From positions 1-58,857 of IMG/VR virus record IMGVR_UViG_3300045988_042242: a stretch of 58,857 nucleotides of DNA; one strand, given 5' to 3'. The translations under genes were made by a program, and so were the position numbers. Shown in pieces: positions 49,924 through 58,857 of the stretch (within the stretch, counting starts at the first letter, position 1; each line of letters begins with the position of its first letter). This DNA comes from a virus. Under the pieces are notes generated by a model that was given only the letters and a program-made list of their open reading frames with translations, was not told the DNA's origin and did no database searches.

Positions 49924-52900
49924 TTATTTCAGTTTAATGCCCTTTGTCGTAATGTCTTCGACTGCATCTTTCACACGTTTGACTTCATATTTCATTTCGT
50001 CAAGCGTTTCGGCAGTCTTCTCCGTATTGCTGTCTATGTTCGCCAACTTGTCAAGTATCTGATTGCCGGTTGCGTTCAGTTCTGCAACACCCTGCACAAT
50101 CGTATATGTATGCGACTGTATAGTTGTCAGACGTGCGTTGTTTTCGTCAACACTGTCTTGCGATGCGGTTGCGATGCCTCGTTCTGATGCCTGTCGTTCT
50201 TCGTCACCAAGAAACCATTCTTTAAGTTCATCAGGAAGTTCGTCCATGATTGCTTTGAACGATGAACCGACTGCGTTCAAGTCGTTGCTGAACTCATTCA
50301 TTGAACCTATAACGCTGTCAATACCTTTGAAGCGTCCGTCAGTTCCGAACCAACGCTGCTTGTACTTGTCAAAGATTTGACCGATAGGTTCTTCAAGCAA
50401 TTTCTGTATCATCATTCTGCGCAAGATGTCAGACACAATTTCATTGACTTTGTCGCGCCATGCTTCCATTGCGTCTTCACCTGACTTCACTGCTTCAAAG
50501 AAAGCGTCACCGAGCTGCTTTGCGATGTCTTCGGCAGATGCGCCGATGATGTCTTCAAGCATATCGTTGATGAGCGTTGCCATTTCTTCGGCAAGTTCAG
50601 CAAGTTTGTTCTTGTAGTCTTGAACTTTGCCGCTGTCAGTCTTCTTCTTGCTTTCTTCTGCGTTCAACTGCTTCTGCACAAGCAACTGTTGTTCTGCAAG
50701 GTTTTCAAGTTGCTTTCTGCTTTCGTCATAACGCTTTGAACCAAGTGCCTTGTCTGCTGTGTACGATGCTTTCGCCCAATAATCAGCAATCTTCTCAACC
50801 GTCTTTGCATAGATTTCTGACTGATATACACAACCTGCAATCCACTTCTGCCAAGCGGTTGCGTTCTGCATAACGCCATGAAGTTTCAGAACCTCTTGTC
50901 GTGCTTCTGAATATAGTTTTTTAACTTGTTCAAGAGCGTTTCCGACATTCTTCTGAAGACGCACCGCGTCTTGGTTATCAAGTTCCCATTGAAGTTGGTC
51001 GATACGTTCCTGAAGACGTTCAATCTCTTTTTGTTTTTGTTCATCGTTGTTGAAAAGGTTAGCAATAGCGGTTGCAATCTGTAACGCTGCGCTGATTACA
51101 GTCAGAATGATAGATGCTTTTTCGACAGTGCTGATTGATGTCGCTGTTGCCTGTGCCGTTGACTCTGTTGCCTGACCCATTGCATCAACTGTTTCAGTCA
51201 TGCCGGTAGCGACAGACTTGCCAACGTCACCGATTGCAGAAATAACGTCTGTCGTTGCGTCAAGCACTTCATCAATACAGTCGAGTGCTTTATCCATGCC
51301 GTCTGCGATGTCATCGCTGAAGACACGCGCGAGGTTACTTGCTTTTTTGCCTACATCAGTAGCGACTTTTCCGGCAGAATTGAGGTTTGTCGCGAATGTC
51401 TTGTATGACTTCGTGACTTTGTTTCGTGCTGTCAACGTGCGCTGTTCTGCTTTAGAGTTCTTTTCCTGGGCGTTCGCAAGTGTAGTTGTCGTTCTTGCAA
51501 GATGTTCATTTGCATTGCTTAATTCAACACAGTCTTCTGCAAGTTCACCATTGTCTATGCGTTCAAGAACTGCGTTTTTTGCTTCAATTGCATCGCGATA
51601 GTCTCTTTCCGCTGAAGTCAAGTCACGTTGCGCTTTTGCAAGTTCGCCGAGCGCATTTACAAGTTCTGTCTTTGCGTCACTGATGTCTGTGAAAGACTTG
51701 TGCATCGCCGTGAATGGGTTTCGCGATGCAATTTCATCTTCCATTTTATCAATGGCTTCTTGAAAAATCTTGATTTGTTCAACAGACATATTCTTGCCCT
51801 CTTGATTGAAGTACGTGCGGACCTTGTCAAGTGTAAACTGAAGCGACTGCAACGACTGTTCACCGAGGTTGCCGAACACAACGTCCCAGTTGATTGTCTT
51901 CTGAAAGTCTTCTGTTTTCAGATTTGAAAAATCTTCTTCCATTTTCTTCAACGCTTCAGGCAAGAAGTCAGGAAACGCCTGACCGATAAAGCTGATTTTC
52001 TTCTGCCATTCAATCGAAAGTTGGTCAAACTTCTGATTGTATGTGCCGAAGTCGTTGACAAGTTGCTTGAAGTATTTTTCGCGAATGTCTGCCAAACCTT
52101 TCTGAAGCGCGTTGTCAATATCCAACAGACCCTGCGAATAGTTGTCTGAAATTTTCGGGTCTTTCAGCAACTCGTTCGCCCAATCTGTAAGACTGCGCTT
52201 TCCTTGTTCAGAAGCGTTCCAACTTTCTTCAGTAGCACCTTTCTGTGCCAGGTAGTATGCTTTTGTTGTGTCGCGCAATGTTTCTGCAAGTTGCATCAAC
52301 TGCTGCTGCCAAGCCGTCTTTCTGTCATTCATCTGCTTGTACATAGCATTGCGCTCTTTATAATATCCGTCTTCCATGCTGTCAATCGCTGCTTGCGATA
52401 TGGCTGCATTGGTACTTCTTACATATTGCGTGACTGCTTTCTGATATTCGTCAAGTGCTTTCTTCTGTTCTGTTGCCGCTTTCTTCGGGTCAAAAGATGA
52501 ACCACTGCCGCTGCTGCCTGAAACTTTCTTTGATTTTGGGTCTATGTGAACAACATCGAAGTGATTTTGCTTCTGATATGCTTCGAGGTCAGCACGCTGC
52601 GCGTCCATTGCTTCTTTCCAATAGTCTGCTTCTTTTTGTGCTTCGGCTTTCATGTTTGCACGGCGTTCTTCATTGCTGTCACCGAACCAACGTGCAGGGT
52701 TATACCAACCACGGTCAAATTCGCCGTTTTCTGCTTTGTGAGCGATTTCAAGTGCTTCGACATACGCTTCAACATATTTGTTCAGCAAACCTTGCTGTAC
52801 TGCTTTCATTCGTAGCATTTTACAGTATGCCGGACCACGTTCTTCAAGAACACGTTCCCACTGTTCAAGACTGTCATAATAACCGAGTGCTTCCCCATAC

Positions 52901-54369
52901 TTCGCGTTCAGTTCATCGACTTTCTTGCGTTCCTGTTCCTTGCTGCCGTGAAAGTTCTTGCACGCTCTGATGTTGTCTTCAAGAGCTATTTTTTCCTTGA
53001 TGTATGTTTCTGCCGCTTCTTCATTGACTTTCTGCAAGTCCTGTGTGTGCTTCGTTGCTTCGTCTTCTGCTGAAAACAGACTGACAACCATTGCGACAAG
53101 TTCACCGACAAGCACGACAAGTGCGCCTATACCTGTTGATATAAGCGCAATCTTCAGCAACTTTGTTGCTGCTGTCAGTGTCTTTGTTGCGACAGTAGCA
53201 CCGACCATTGAACCTGTATGCGCGTTTGTTGATGCTGTTGCCGCTTTTTCTGCTGTTGCGCTTTGTGTCTGAGCTACTGCATTACCTTTTGTTGCAGAAG
53301 TATTCGCGACAGTCGCATCAGTGTCTGCAATTTCTGCTACTTCTGATGCTTCTTTCTGCACGATTTCTTCTTTCGTTTTCTGAATGTTGTATGCGATTTC
53401 TGCGTTTTCATCAGAAATAACCGCTGCGGCTTCTTCAGTATTCTTGCAGAAAAGTTTCTTGACTGCGTTAAGCGTGACAAGTGAAAACGTACTGTCTTTG
53501 TTCAATACTTGCTGAACCTGTTGCAGACCCATAGTGATAGCCATGAGCGACTGCACTTTCAGCATGATTTCGTTCAGTTTTTCGTTTTCAGCACCGAAAA
53601 GACCGACTGCGCCCTGTGCGACACTGAAAGCGCCAGACAGACCTGACAGACCTTGAATGACACCGGCAATCTGATTTTCATCGTTCGCGAAGACATTACC
53701 TGCTTGTGATATATCACCTCGAATGTCACGCAAGCGACCGAGTTCTTCAATGATTTCGCGATAGCGACCTTTCGTTTGGTCGAGCGTGCGACCTTCGTCT
53801 TGCGCTGTCTTCACCAATAAAGCCGCTTCTGCTTCAAGTTCTCTGATTTGCTGTTTCAGTGACTGTGCTGAGCTTCCGTTCTGCTGCTTCGCTTTTGCAG
53901 AAGCAATCAGCGACTTCGTTTCTTTGTCAAGTGCTTTTTCTGCATCCCTTGCAGATGTGATTGCTTGCTTTCGTGCTGCGATGACTTCTCTGATAGCCGT
54001 CTTCTGCTGCTTCAGTTCATTGTAATGTTCGCGCATAGACGGCACGTTCGCAAACTTGTTCGCTTCAGATGATGTTTCGTTATACATCTGCGCCAACTCT
54101 GCAAGTGCTTCTTCGTTTTGACGAATTACACCATGTATCTGCGCAAAAGCCTGACCGATGCCCTCTCTCATTTCTTCGACATTGTTGATGCTCTGAAGAA
54201 AATCAATGTTGACTTCTGGAATGTTCGTAAGCAAGTCGTTTATCTTCGCGCTTTCACTTTCGATTTGTGAAGACGCATCTGATGCGCTTGAAACCATGTG
54301 GTCAAGCGCACCGTCATAGGCTGATGTGTCAATCGCCGCAATATACTGTAAATCGCCGTTTTCGCTCAT
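49924..54369 (-). CDS. Tape measure protein
   Basis: 1,481 aa, largely helical/coiled coil, with a hydrophobic glycine-rich segment (GIGALVVLVGELVAMVV). It is directly downstream of the frameshifted chaperone genes. Confidence 0.85.
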   Translation of the reverse strand: MSENGDLQYIAAIDTSAYDGALDHMVSSASDASSQIESESAKINDLLTNIPEVNIDFLQSINNVEEMREGIGQAFAQIHGVIRQNEEALAELAQMYNETSSEANKFANVPSMREHYNELKQQKTAIREVIAARKQAITSARDAEKALDKETKSLIASAKAKQQNGSSAQSLKQQIRELEAEAALLVKTAQDEGRTLDQTKGRYREIIEELGRLRDIRGDISQAGNVFANDENQIAGVIQGLSGLSGAFSVAQGAVGLFGAENEKLNEIMLKVQSLMAITMGLQQVQQVLNKDSTFSLVTLNAVKKLFCKNTEEAAAVISDENAEIAYNIQKTKEEIVQKEASEVAEIADTDATVANTSATKGNAVAQTQSATAEKAATASTNAHTGSMVGATVATKTLTAATKLLKIALISTGIGALVVLVGELVAMVVSLFSAEDEATKHTQDLQKVNEEAAETYIKEKIALEDNIRACKNFHGSKEQERKKVDELNAKYGEALGYYDSLEQWERVLEERGPAYCKMLRMKAVQQGLLNKYVEAYVEALEIAHKAENGEFDRGWYNPARWFGDSNEERRANMKAEAQKEADYWKEAMDAQRADLEAYQKQNHFDVVHIDPKSKKVSGSSGSGSSFDPKKAATEQKKALDEYQKAVTQYVRSTNAAISQAAIDSMEDGYYKERNAMYKQMNDRKTAWQQQLMQLAETLRDTTKAYYLAQKGATEESWNASEQGKRSLTDWANELLKDPKISDNYSQGLLDIDNALQKGLADIREKYFKQLVNDFGTYNQKFDQLSIEWQKKISFIGQAFPDFLPEALKKMEEDFSNLKTEDFQKTINWDVVFGNLGEQSLQSLQFTLDKVRTYFNQEGKNMSVEQIKIFQEAIDKMEDEIASRNPFTAMHKSFTDISDAKTELVNALGELAKAQRDLTSAERDYRDAIEAKNAVLERIDNGELAEDCVELSNANEHLARTTTTLANAQEKNSKAEQRTLTARNKVTKSYKTFATNLNSAGKVATDVGKKASNLARVFSDDIADGMDKALDCIDEVLDATTDVISAIGDVGKSVATGMTETVDAMGQATESTAQATATSISTVEKASIILTVISAALQIATAIANLFNNDEQKQKEIERLQERIDQLQWELDNQDAVRLQKNVGNALEQVKKLYSEARQEVLKLHGVMQNATAWQKWIAGCVYQSEIYAKTVEKIADYWAKASYTADKALGSKRYDESRKQLENLAEQQLLVQKQLNAEESKKKTDSGKVQDYKNKLAELAEEMATLINDMLEDIIGASAEDIAKQLGDAFFEAVKSGEDAMEAWRDKVNEIVSDILRRMMIQKLLEEPIGQIFDKYKQRWFGTDGRFKGIDSVIGSMNEFSNDLNAVGSSFKAIMDELPDELKEWFLGDEERQASERGIATASQDSVDENNARLTTIQSHTYTIVQGVAELNATGNQILDKLANIDSNTEKTAETLDEMKYEVKRVKDAVEDITTKGIKLK

Positions 54370-54371
54370 TG

Positions 54372-54680
54372 TTAAATTTCAGTTACATCAATTTCATTTT
54401 CAAAATCTTCAAAATTGGCTGGGTTGTTCGCGTCAAGACTGTCATCATACAGTGGTGCGTCTGACTTTTCTTCAGTATCGCCAGGCATTGGCACTGCGCG
54501 TGAATAAAGAAGCGCGTTTGTGAAGCTGATTTCGTGAAGTGCGTAGTCAGGTGTCACGCCGAATGTCTTAGCAATGCCGAGAACAGTTGCCCAAATGCTG
54601 TCATTTAATCGTTCACCACTTCCGCTTTTGTCGGTTTCAGAATGTTTGCGGCGTTTAGGGAAGTGGTAATGGCGAAAAAA
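54372..54680 (-). CDS. -1 frame extension of the tail assembly chaperone (gpGT analogue; reached by programmed frameshift, not an independent gene)
   Basis: The -1 frame is open from 54689 to 54372 and overlaps the 3' end of 54605..55132. Manual translation after the slip reads FFRHYHFPKRRKHSETDKSGSGERLNDSIWATVLGIAKTFGVTPDYALHE.... Confidence 0.6.
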   Translation of the reverse strand, partial: FFRHYHFPKRRKHSETDKSGSGERLNDSIWATVLGIAKTFGVTPDYALHEISFTNALLYSRAVPMPGDTEEKSDAPLYDDSLDANNPANFEDFENEIDVTEI

Positions 54681-55132
54681 GTCATTATCTCATTGTCGCG
54701 AAGTCGTTTGACAATAACTTCAAACAACACGGACGGTCGCACGTTATCAAGTATCTTCTTCGCGAGTTCCGCACGTAGGTCAACAGTCTGCTTCACGCGA
54801 TGCTTGCGCTTGATAAGACCGAAAAGGTGACGTTTTTCAACAGTCACTTCACGTTCTTCAGTCAGACGCTTTGAACCGAGTATCAAGACGGCTGCAAGGT
54901 CTGCAAGCATCTTGAAGTCTTTCGCTTTGAATAATGCCATGAAGATGCGCTGCTTGTCATCAACATCATCTATCTGTGGAAAGAAAGACACTATTTCTGA
55001 AGCAAGAATGAGCGTTCCAATCGTAGGCGGTGCGATGTTGTACGTCACGCCCTCAATTTCAAGCGTGCTGACAGTGCGTTCCAATATGGTGGCTGCAACG
55101 CGACTTTCTATTGTTGTATATTCTGCTGCCAT
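54605..55132 (-). CDS. Tail assembly chaperone (lambda gpG analogue)
   Basis: 175 aa between the tail tube and tape-measure genes. It contains the slippery heptamer near its 3' end. Confidence 0.65.
   Translation of the reverse strand: MAAEYTTIESRVAATILERTVSTLEIEGVTYNIAPPTIGTLILASEIVSFFPQIDDVDDKQRIFMALFKAKDFKMLADLAAVLILGSKRLTEEREVTVEKRHLFGLIKRKHRVKQTVDLRAELAKKILDNVRPSVLFEVIVKRLRDNEIMTFFAITTSLNAANILKPTKAEVVND
54674..54680 (-). promoter_or_regulatory. Slippery heptamer T TTT TTC (X XXY YYZ) for -1 ribosomal frameshifting
   Basis: Zero-frame codons are ACT TTT TTC GCC (plus strand gaaaaaa). The site is correctly phased for tandem tRNA slippage into the open -1 frame. Confidence 0.6.
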
Positions 55133-55298
55133 TGCGATGTATGTTTAATAATTGGTGCGTCATTCAGAATTGAACTGAAGTCCCGACAAACACGCTTCAC
55201 CGCTTGCGTGCGTATCGTGCATGACCAACTATGCTGTGACGCAAATGCGAGTTTCACCTGCCAACTCGAAAGGGTGTCTTACCACACGTCAGCCGACT

Positions 55299-55853
55299 TT
55301 AAGTGCCGGCAGGAATGTCCTTGACAAACTTCGGGTCATTCCAGTCTTCTTTCTTCACCTTGAACTTCTTGTAGAATGTTCCACTTTCAGTTTCAAGAAT
55401 GGTGAAAGTCAAGTCAACATACTGACCTTCATCTTCAGAAGAACCTGGTCTGAATTTCACGTGACAACGTGCTGCCTTGATACCGGTTGCACCGATGTTC
55501 TTCGGGGTGACCTTTACAGAAAACTCACCCTGCACGATGTTCGTCTTCACGTCAAGTTCGTTGCCGTCTGATGACTTTTCAGCACCGGTGAAGAAGCCTT
55601 CTGTGTCAAAGTCCATTTCTTTGACACGTGTCGTGATAGTTGCGACAGGCTCACCTTCTTCCATTGCGACAGTCTTGCCACCTGATGCTTTCGCTTCAAG
55701 GCTTTCGCCGTCAGCGGTTGCAAGCGATGTCGATTTGTCGTTGATAGTTCCAACACTGTACAGGTCGGTTGCCATAGCATCGCCCTCGCCAGTCTTGCCA
55801 ACTTCGACACGACATTCAGACCACGACATGATAATCTTCAATCGTTTTGCCAT
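55299..55853 (-). CDS. Major tail tube protein
   Basis: 184 aa, upstream of the chaperone pair. Beta-rich sequence with size and position typical of siphovirus tube proteins. Confidence 0.6.
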   Translation of the reverse strand: MAKRLKIIMSWSECRVEVGKTGEGDAMATDLYSVGTINDKSTSLATADGESLEAKASGGKTVAMEEGEPVATITTRVKEMDFDTEGFFTGAEKSSDGNELDVKTNIVQGEFSVKVTPKNIGATGIKAARCHVKFRPGSSEDEGQYVDLTFTILETESGTFYKKFKVKKEDWNDPKFVKDIPAGT

Positions 55854-55865
55854 AATTTTAGTGTA

Positions 55866-56270
55866 TTAAGAAATTCTTTGAAATTTAATTCTCGCAACAA
55901 TCAGATGCTGTTCGATGTCAGGGTTCATCGTAGAATACGGTGTGCCGTCAGACGTTATCCAATAGTCTGTATTGTCACACGTATCTATGAAGTCACGTAT
56001 TAGTTCTTGAAGCACTCCGATACGGTTCTTGTCAGCCACTTTGCGCCCGTCTGCGAAGTTGATGTCAGGAACGTACAGATTGAGAATGACCGTGCCGCGC
56101 TGTATCTGTTCATCAGTACCTGCGAGGAACTTGACAATCAAGTCTTCGCCAGTAGCATCAGCCGGGCGCATTTCACTGCGATAGACGGTGCCGCGAATTT
56201 CCGCGCCAAGCCGACTGTTCTTGATGAGCTGATAGAAGTCGCGCTCAATCTGTATTTCTGTTTTCTTCAT
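55866..56270 (-). CDS. Tail terminator / neck protein (putative)
   Basis: 134 aa. The call rests on position between the head-completion genes and the tube gene. Confidence 0.4.
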   Translation of the reverse strand: MKKTEIQIERDFYQLIKNSRLGAEIRGTVYRSEMRPADATGEDLIVKFLAGTDEQIQRGTVILNLYVPDINFADGRKVADKNRIGVLQELIRDFIDTCDNTDYWITSDGTPYSTMNPDIEQHLIVARIKFQRIS

Positions 56271-56761
56271 ACGCTTTTAAGCATTTTGCCAAGAAGTTTG
56301 TCAATCAATCTTTGTGCTTCAAGTTCTGCGTCAATCAGAACGTGTTTGCCACGCACGTTTTCAACGAAAGCCGCGTATTCCATTCCGGCGCAAAGTATCA
56401 GTACCACGCCGTAGGGATATTCAGTCTTCAACTTTTCAAGAAGTTCATTGCCTGCTGCAACTCCGGCACTGCCGTCACCGACTTTTCCGCTTTTCTGCAC
56501 AGGTGCGCCGTACTGCTTCACTGTACCGTTTGACAGCACGATGTAACCGATAGAACTGCGAAGATTGCCTGTGATGTCATTGTAGTCACCCATTTCACGC
56601 GCAATCTTGATGCTCTGTTCGCCGATGTAGCACATATTCTTGACAAGCAAGTCTATGAGTTTGCCGCGTCCAAGTTCTAACTTGTCGCGCAACTTCTTCA
56701 CATCGGTGCGTGATACGATTACACCTTTGTATTTGCCGTGAAACTTCGTTGACTGTGCCAT
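56267..56761 (-). CDS. Head-tail joining protein (HK97 gp10-like, putative)
   Basis: 164 aa. The call rests on position and general similarity recalled for gp10-like proteins. Confidence 0.4.
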   Translation of the reverse strand: MAQSTKFHGKYKGVIVSRTDVKKLRDKLELGRGKLIDLLVKNMCYIGEQSIKIAREMGDYNDITGNLRSSIGYIVLSNGTVKQYGAPVQKSGKVGDGSAGVAAGNELLEKLKTEYPYGVVLILCAGMEYAAFVENVRGKHVLIDAELEAQRLIDKLLGKMLKSV

Positions 56762-56767
56762 ATTGTT

Positions 56768-57091
56768 TCAGACCATGATTTGAAAGCGTCCTTGCGTAAC
56801 AAGCGGCTCACTGCATATCACACGGTATTCGCCAAGCGTTTCAGCACCGCGCATCAAACTGATGCGCTTGATGCTTTCATAGTTCATCTTCGCATCGGCT
56901 TCAAGAAGAATGATGAATGAAGCAATTCTAAACTCACCGTCTTCATACGCGCCTTTGCGATTATCAGAATTTGTCTTGATGCTGCAAGCAATCGCATCGC
57001 TCCACGTTTCAGTTGGCGCGATAGGTTCGCCGTTTTCATCAATGTCACCAGGCGAAAGTATCTGATATTGTAGTATGCCGTTAGTTCTCAT
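56768..57091 (-). CDS. Head closure / head-tail adaptor protein (putative)
   Basis: 107 aa. Positional call. Confidence 0.4.
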   Translation of the reverse strand: MRTNGILQYQILSPGDIDENGEPIAPTETWSDAIACSIKTNSDNRKGAYEDGEFRIASFIILLEADAKMNYESIKRISLMRGAETLGEYRVICSEPLVTQGRFQIMV

Positions 57092-57424
57092 TTACCACAG
57101 ATTTGTTGCATCTGAAATTGTTCTTTTGTCTTCACTGAGTAATTCATCAGCATCGAGACCGTAGATGTCACACCAATAATTGAGCGACTTTTCAACCGCG
57201 TCTTGCATTACAGATGTAGAAACAGACCCTTCAGACCTTGATGCTTCCACATAGCCACGCACAAGCGCGACAGCACAGCGAAAGATTGTTACGTCTTTCG
57301 GCTGTGCTTCTGCGTCTGCGTCAACACCTTCATTGAATAGCGTCAGTTTCAGAACTTCGCTATCAGGATAGAACGTGTTGGCAATAGCGGTGCAAAGTTT
57401 GCTCAATGCTTCGATGTTCGTCAC
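57092..57424 (-). CDS. Head-tail connector protein (putative)
   Basis: 110 aa. It overlaps the capsid gene stop by 4 nt. Confidence 0.4.
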   Translation of the reverse strand: MTNIEALSKLCTAIANTFYPDSEVLKLTLFNEGVDADAEAQPKDVTIFRCAVALVRGYVEASRSEGSVSTSVMQDAVEKSLNYWCDIYGLDADELLSEDKRTISDATNLW

Positions 57425-58530
57425 GACTTCTTCGTTTTAAGAGTATAGATGCCGTTGATTTCAGTGATGACAGGAAGTGATATGCTTTCCGCTTTGGTGA
57501 ACTCAACACCGTTGCTTCCCTGTGTTTCACCAACGCCCCACTGCGATACGCGAATACGACCCTGATTGCTGTATGCAACACCGCTTTCAGGCTTGATTTC
57601 GTTGTTCGAGTAGGCTGTCTTGATGACACCAAGTTTGCCGGCTGGTACGAATACCATGTTTTCTTTCACCCAAGGTTCATATACACTTGCCTGTGTGCCG
57701 TTCAGAATACGCACCTGTCTGCGGATAGGCTCGAAGACTGGGAAGCCGTTAGACTGCATCCATTCGTTCAAGTCACGCGCAAGCAAGATGCTTGAAGACT
57801 TGTCGCTGCCAAAAATCATCTTCTTCATCTGCTTGCTGCGGCAGATGTAACTGATGATAGACGGTGAACACAGAACCTTATCAAGAACAACCTTGTCCTG
57901 TGCTGCGTCAAGAATTGCCTGAATGTCTTCAAAGCAATCGACAGTATCAAGGTTCTCCTGTGTCCAATCTGTTGTGACAGTTGCGATGTTCTCACCCGGT
58001 TGCTTGTAGTCGATTGTACCACGCACACCACCTTCGGGGTTCGTAGTTTCGTCAAACTCAAATACACCGCCGTTAGACAGCGCACGCAAGAAAATCATGT
58101 CGAGCTTTCCGTGAACTGCACCGACAACGGTCATAACGTCACCCCACATGAGTTTGATAAGTTGCTGCTTCTTCGCTTCGTCAGAAATTGACTTGCTGTC
58201 AAGAAGCGCGAGTATTTTACGATACGTCTGAATAGTCATCGGCAGTGTCAGTGCATGATTTACCATGCGCTCACGCATTGTCTGAAGACCGTCAGACCCG
58301 ATGATGCTTTCTTTCGCATCTTCACCGATAGTCGGTGCGGCAATCGTGATGTTGTACTTGCCGATAATCTCCTCAAAGTCAAGGCTGATAGTAGGCAAGT
58401 CCCAATCAAGGAAGCGGTCATAAAGCACTGTGTCAAACAGTCGCTTGTGTGCTTCTGAAGCCGCGTCAAAGCGAATTTGCACGTTGCGTGTCAGTTCGCC
58501 ATAGATAGAGCTGAAGAATACTTCGTCCAT
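57421..58530 (-). CDS. Major capsid protein (lambda gpE-like family)
   Basis: 369 aa. The gene order scaffold, decoration-like, capsid matches lambda Nu3-D-E. Length and sequence style resemble gpE-type capsid proteins. Confidence 0.75.
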   Translation of the reverse strand: MDEVFFSSIYGELTRNVQIRFDAASEAHKRLFDTVLYDRFLDWDLPTISLDFEEIIGKYNITIAAPTIGEDAKESIIGSDGLQTMRERMVNHALTLPMTIQTYRKILALLDSKSISDEAKKQQLIKLMWGDVMTVVGAVHGKLDMIFLRALSNGGVFEFDETTNPEGGVRGTIDYKQPGENIATVTTDWTQENLDTVDCFEDIQAILDAAQDKVVLDKVLCSPSIISYICRSKQMKKMIFGSDKSSSILLARDLNEWMQSNGFPVFEPIRRQVRILNGTQASVYEPWVKENMVFVPAGKLGVIKTAYSNNEIKPESGVAYSNQGRIRVSQWGVGETQGSNGVEFTKAESISLPVITEINGIYTLKTKKS

Positions 58531-58542
58531 TGTTGTGATGCT

Positions 58543-58857
58543 TTACTGTTTGATGAAAATGATGTTTGGATTGTTTTTCAGCGCAACGCCCTGAAGCCAT
58601 TCTTTGAGAATAGGGAACTGAAGCGATGGATAAAGCACTACTGCTTCAAAGGCAGCGTCAAGCGTAGGAAGACCCTTGCCGTCAAACTGCTTGTCTGCAC
58701 CGACAACCATGTTCGGTTCGCAAACTGCTTTAACAGTCTGGGTTTCACCCTCGACAGACTTGCCTTCAACAAGCACGTCATCTTTTGCGATGTCTGTGAT
58801 ATCCTTTGAAAGCATAAGAACGTCATACGCGCTGTTTGTTCTGTCAACCTCTTTGAC
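58543..58857 (-). CDS. Head decoration-like protein, C-terminal part of the junction-spanning gene
   Basis: The frame is open to the window end and is continuous with 352..1 once the 55-bp overlap is collapsed. The stop codon is at 58543-58545. Confidence 0.5.
   Translation of the reverse strand, partial: VKEVDRTNSAYDVLMLSKDITDIAKDDVLVEGKSVEGETQTVKAVCEPNMVVGADKQFDGKGLPTLDAAFEAVVLYPSLQFPILKEWLQGVALKNNPNIIFIKQ
58803..58857 (+). repeat. 55-bp terminal direct repeat, copy 2 (identical to 1..55)
   Basis: Exact match to bases 1-55. This is most simply a circular-assembly overlap. Confidence 0.95.

Larger units (their letters stand above)
1..58857. mobile_element. Complete circularised temperate tailed-phage genome (siphovirus-like), probably of a Bacteroidota host; 58,802 bp unique sequence
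   Basis: Bases 1-55 are identical to 58803-58857 and a CDS is in frame across the junction. A full set of packaging, head, tail, lysis, lysogeny and replication genes is present. No Shine-Dalgarno motifs, TAnnTTTG -7 boxes and a Bacteroides-style integrase point to the host phylum. Confidence 0.8.

Noticed and set aside
55133-55298. The 166-bp gap after the major tail gene was examined for a strong terminator, attenuator or small RNA.
   Set aside because: Only weak 5-6-bp stems were found (cgagtt/aactcg, cacgc/gcgtg). That is not enough to call a feature.
1-58857. Search for tRNA, tmRNA or rRNA genes.
   Set aside because: I did not recognise any cloverleaf-like conserved T-arm or anticodon-arm pattern by eye. 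This is a weak negative and should be confirmed with tRNAscan-type tools.

Overview
The window is a complete, circularly closed temperate tailed-phage genome of about 58.8 kb: bases 1-55 repeat at 58803-58857 and one gene reads in frame across the junction. Almost everything is on the minus strand. The packaging genes are ParB-like, an ABC-ATPase/GNAT fusion, TerS, TerL, portal and a Mu-F/SPP1-gp7 minor head protein. The head module is lambda-ordered (scaffold, decoration-like, gpE-like capsid). The siphovirus tail module has a tube, a G/GT chaperone with a -1 slippery site, a 1,481-aa tape measure, a Dit-like protein, a 2,515-aa fibre and a 1,068-aa Tal-like protein. There is a lysis cassette (holin-like, amidase, candidate unimolecular spanin), a tyrosine integrase with attP, and a repressor/Cro switch. 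The early operon holds an SbcC-like ATPase, RecT, an MBL hydrolase, an initiator with internal iterons, a DnaC-like loader, a C5-methyltransferase, MazG, SSB and VRR-NUC. TAnnTTTG promoter boxes, the absence of Shine-Dalgarno motifs and the gene content suggest a Bacteroidota host. The stand-out system is a diversity-generating retroelement. It has one reverse transcriptase and one 114-bp AAY-rich template repeat, with two variable repeats that differ from it almost only at adenines. One variable repeat is at the tip of the giant fibre next to the RT. The second lies about 17 kb away in a small protein encoded inside the early replication/recombination operon. Other notable items are a head-protein-fused ADP-ribosyltransferase domain next to an ADP-ribosylglycohydrolase gene, a plus-strand accessory island splitting the head module, a recurrent TCAACGCAAT(AT)G start-codon leader, and a lambda-like origin inside the initiator gene.
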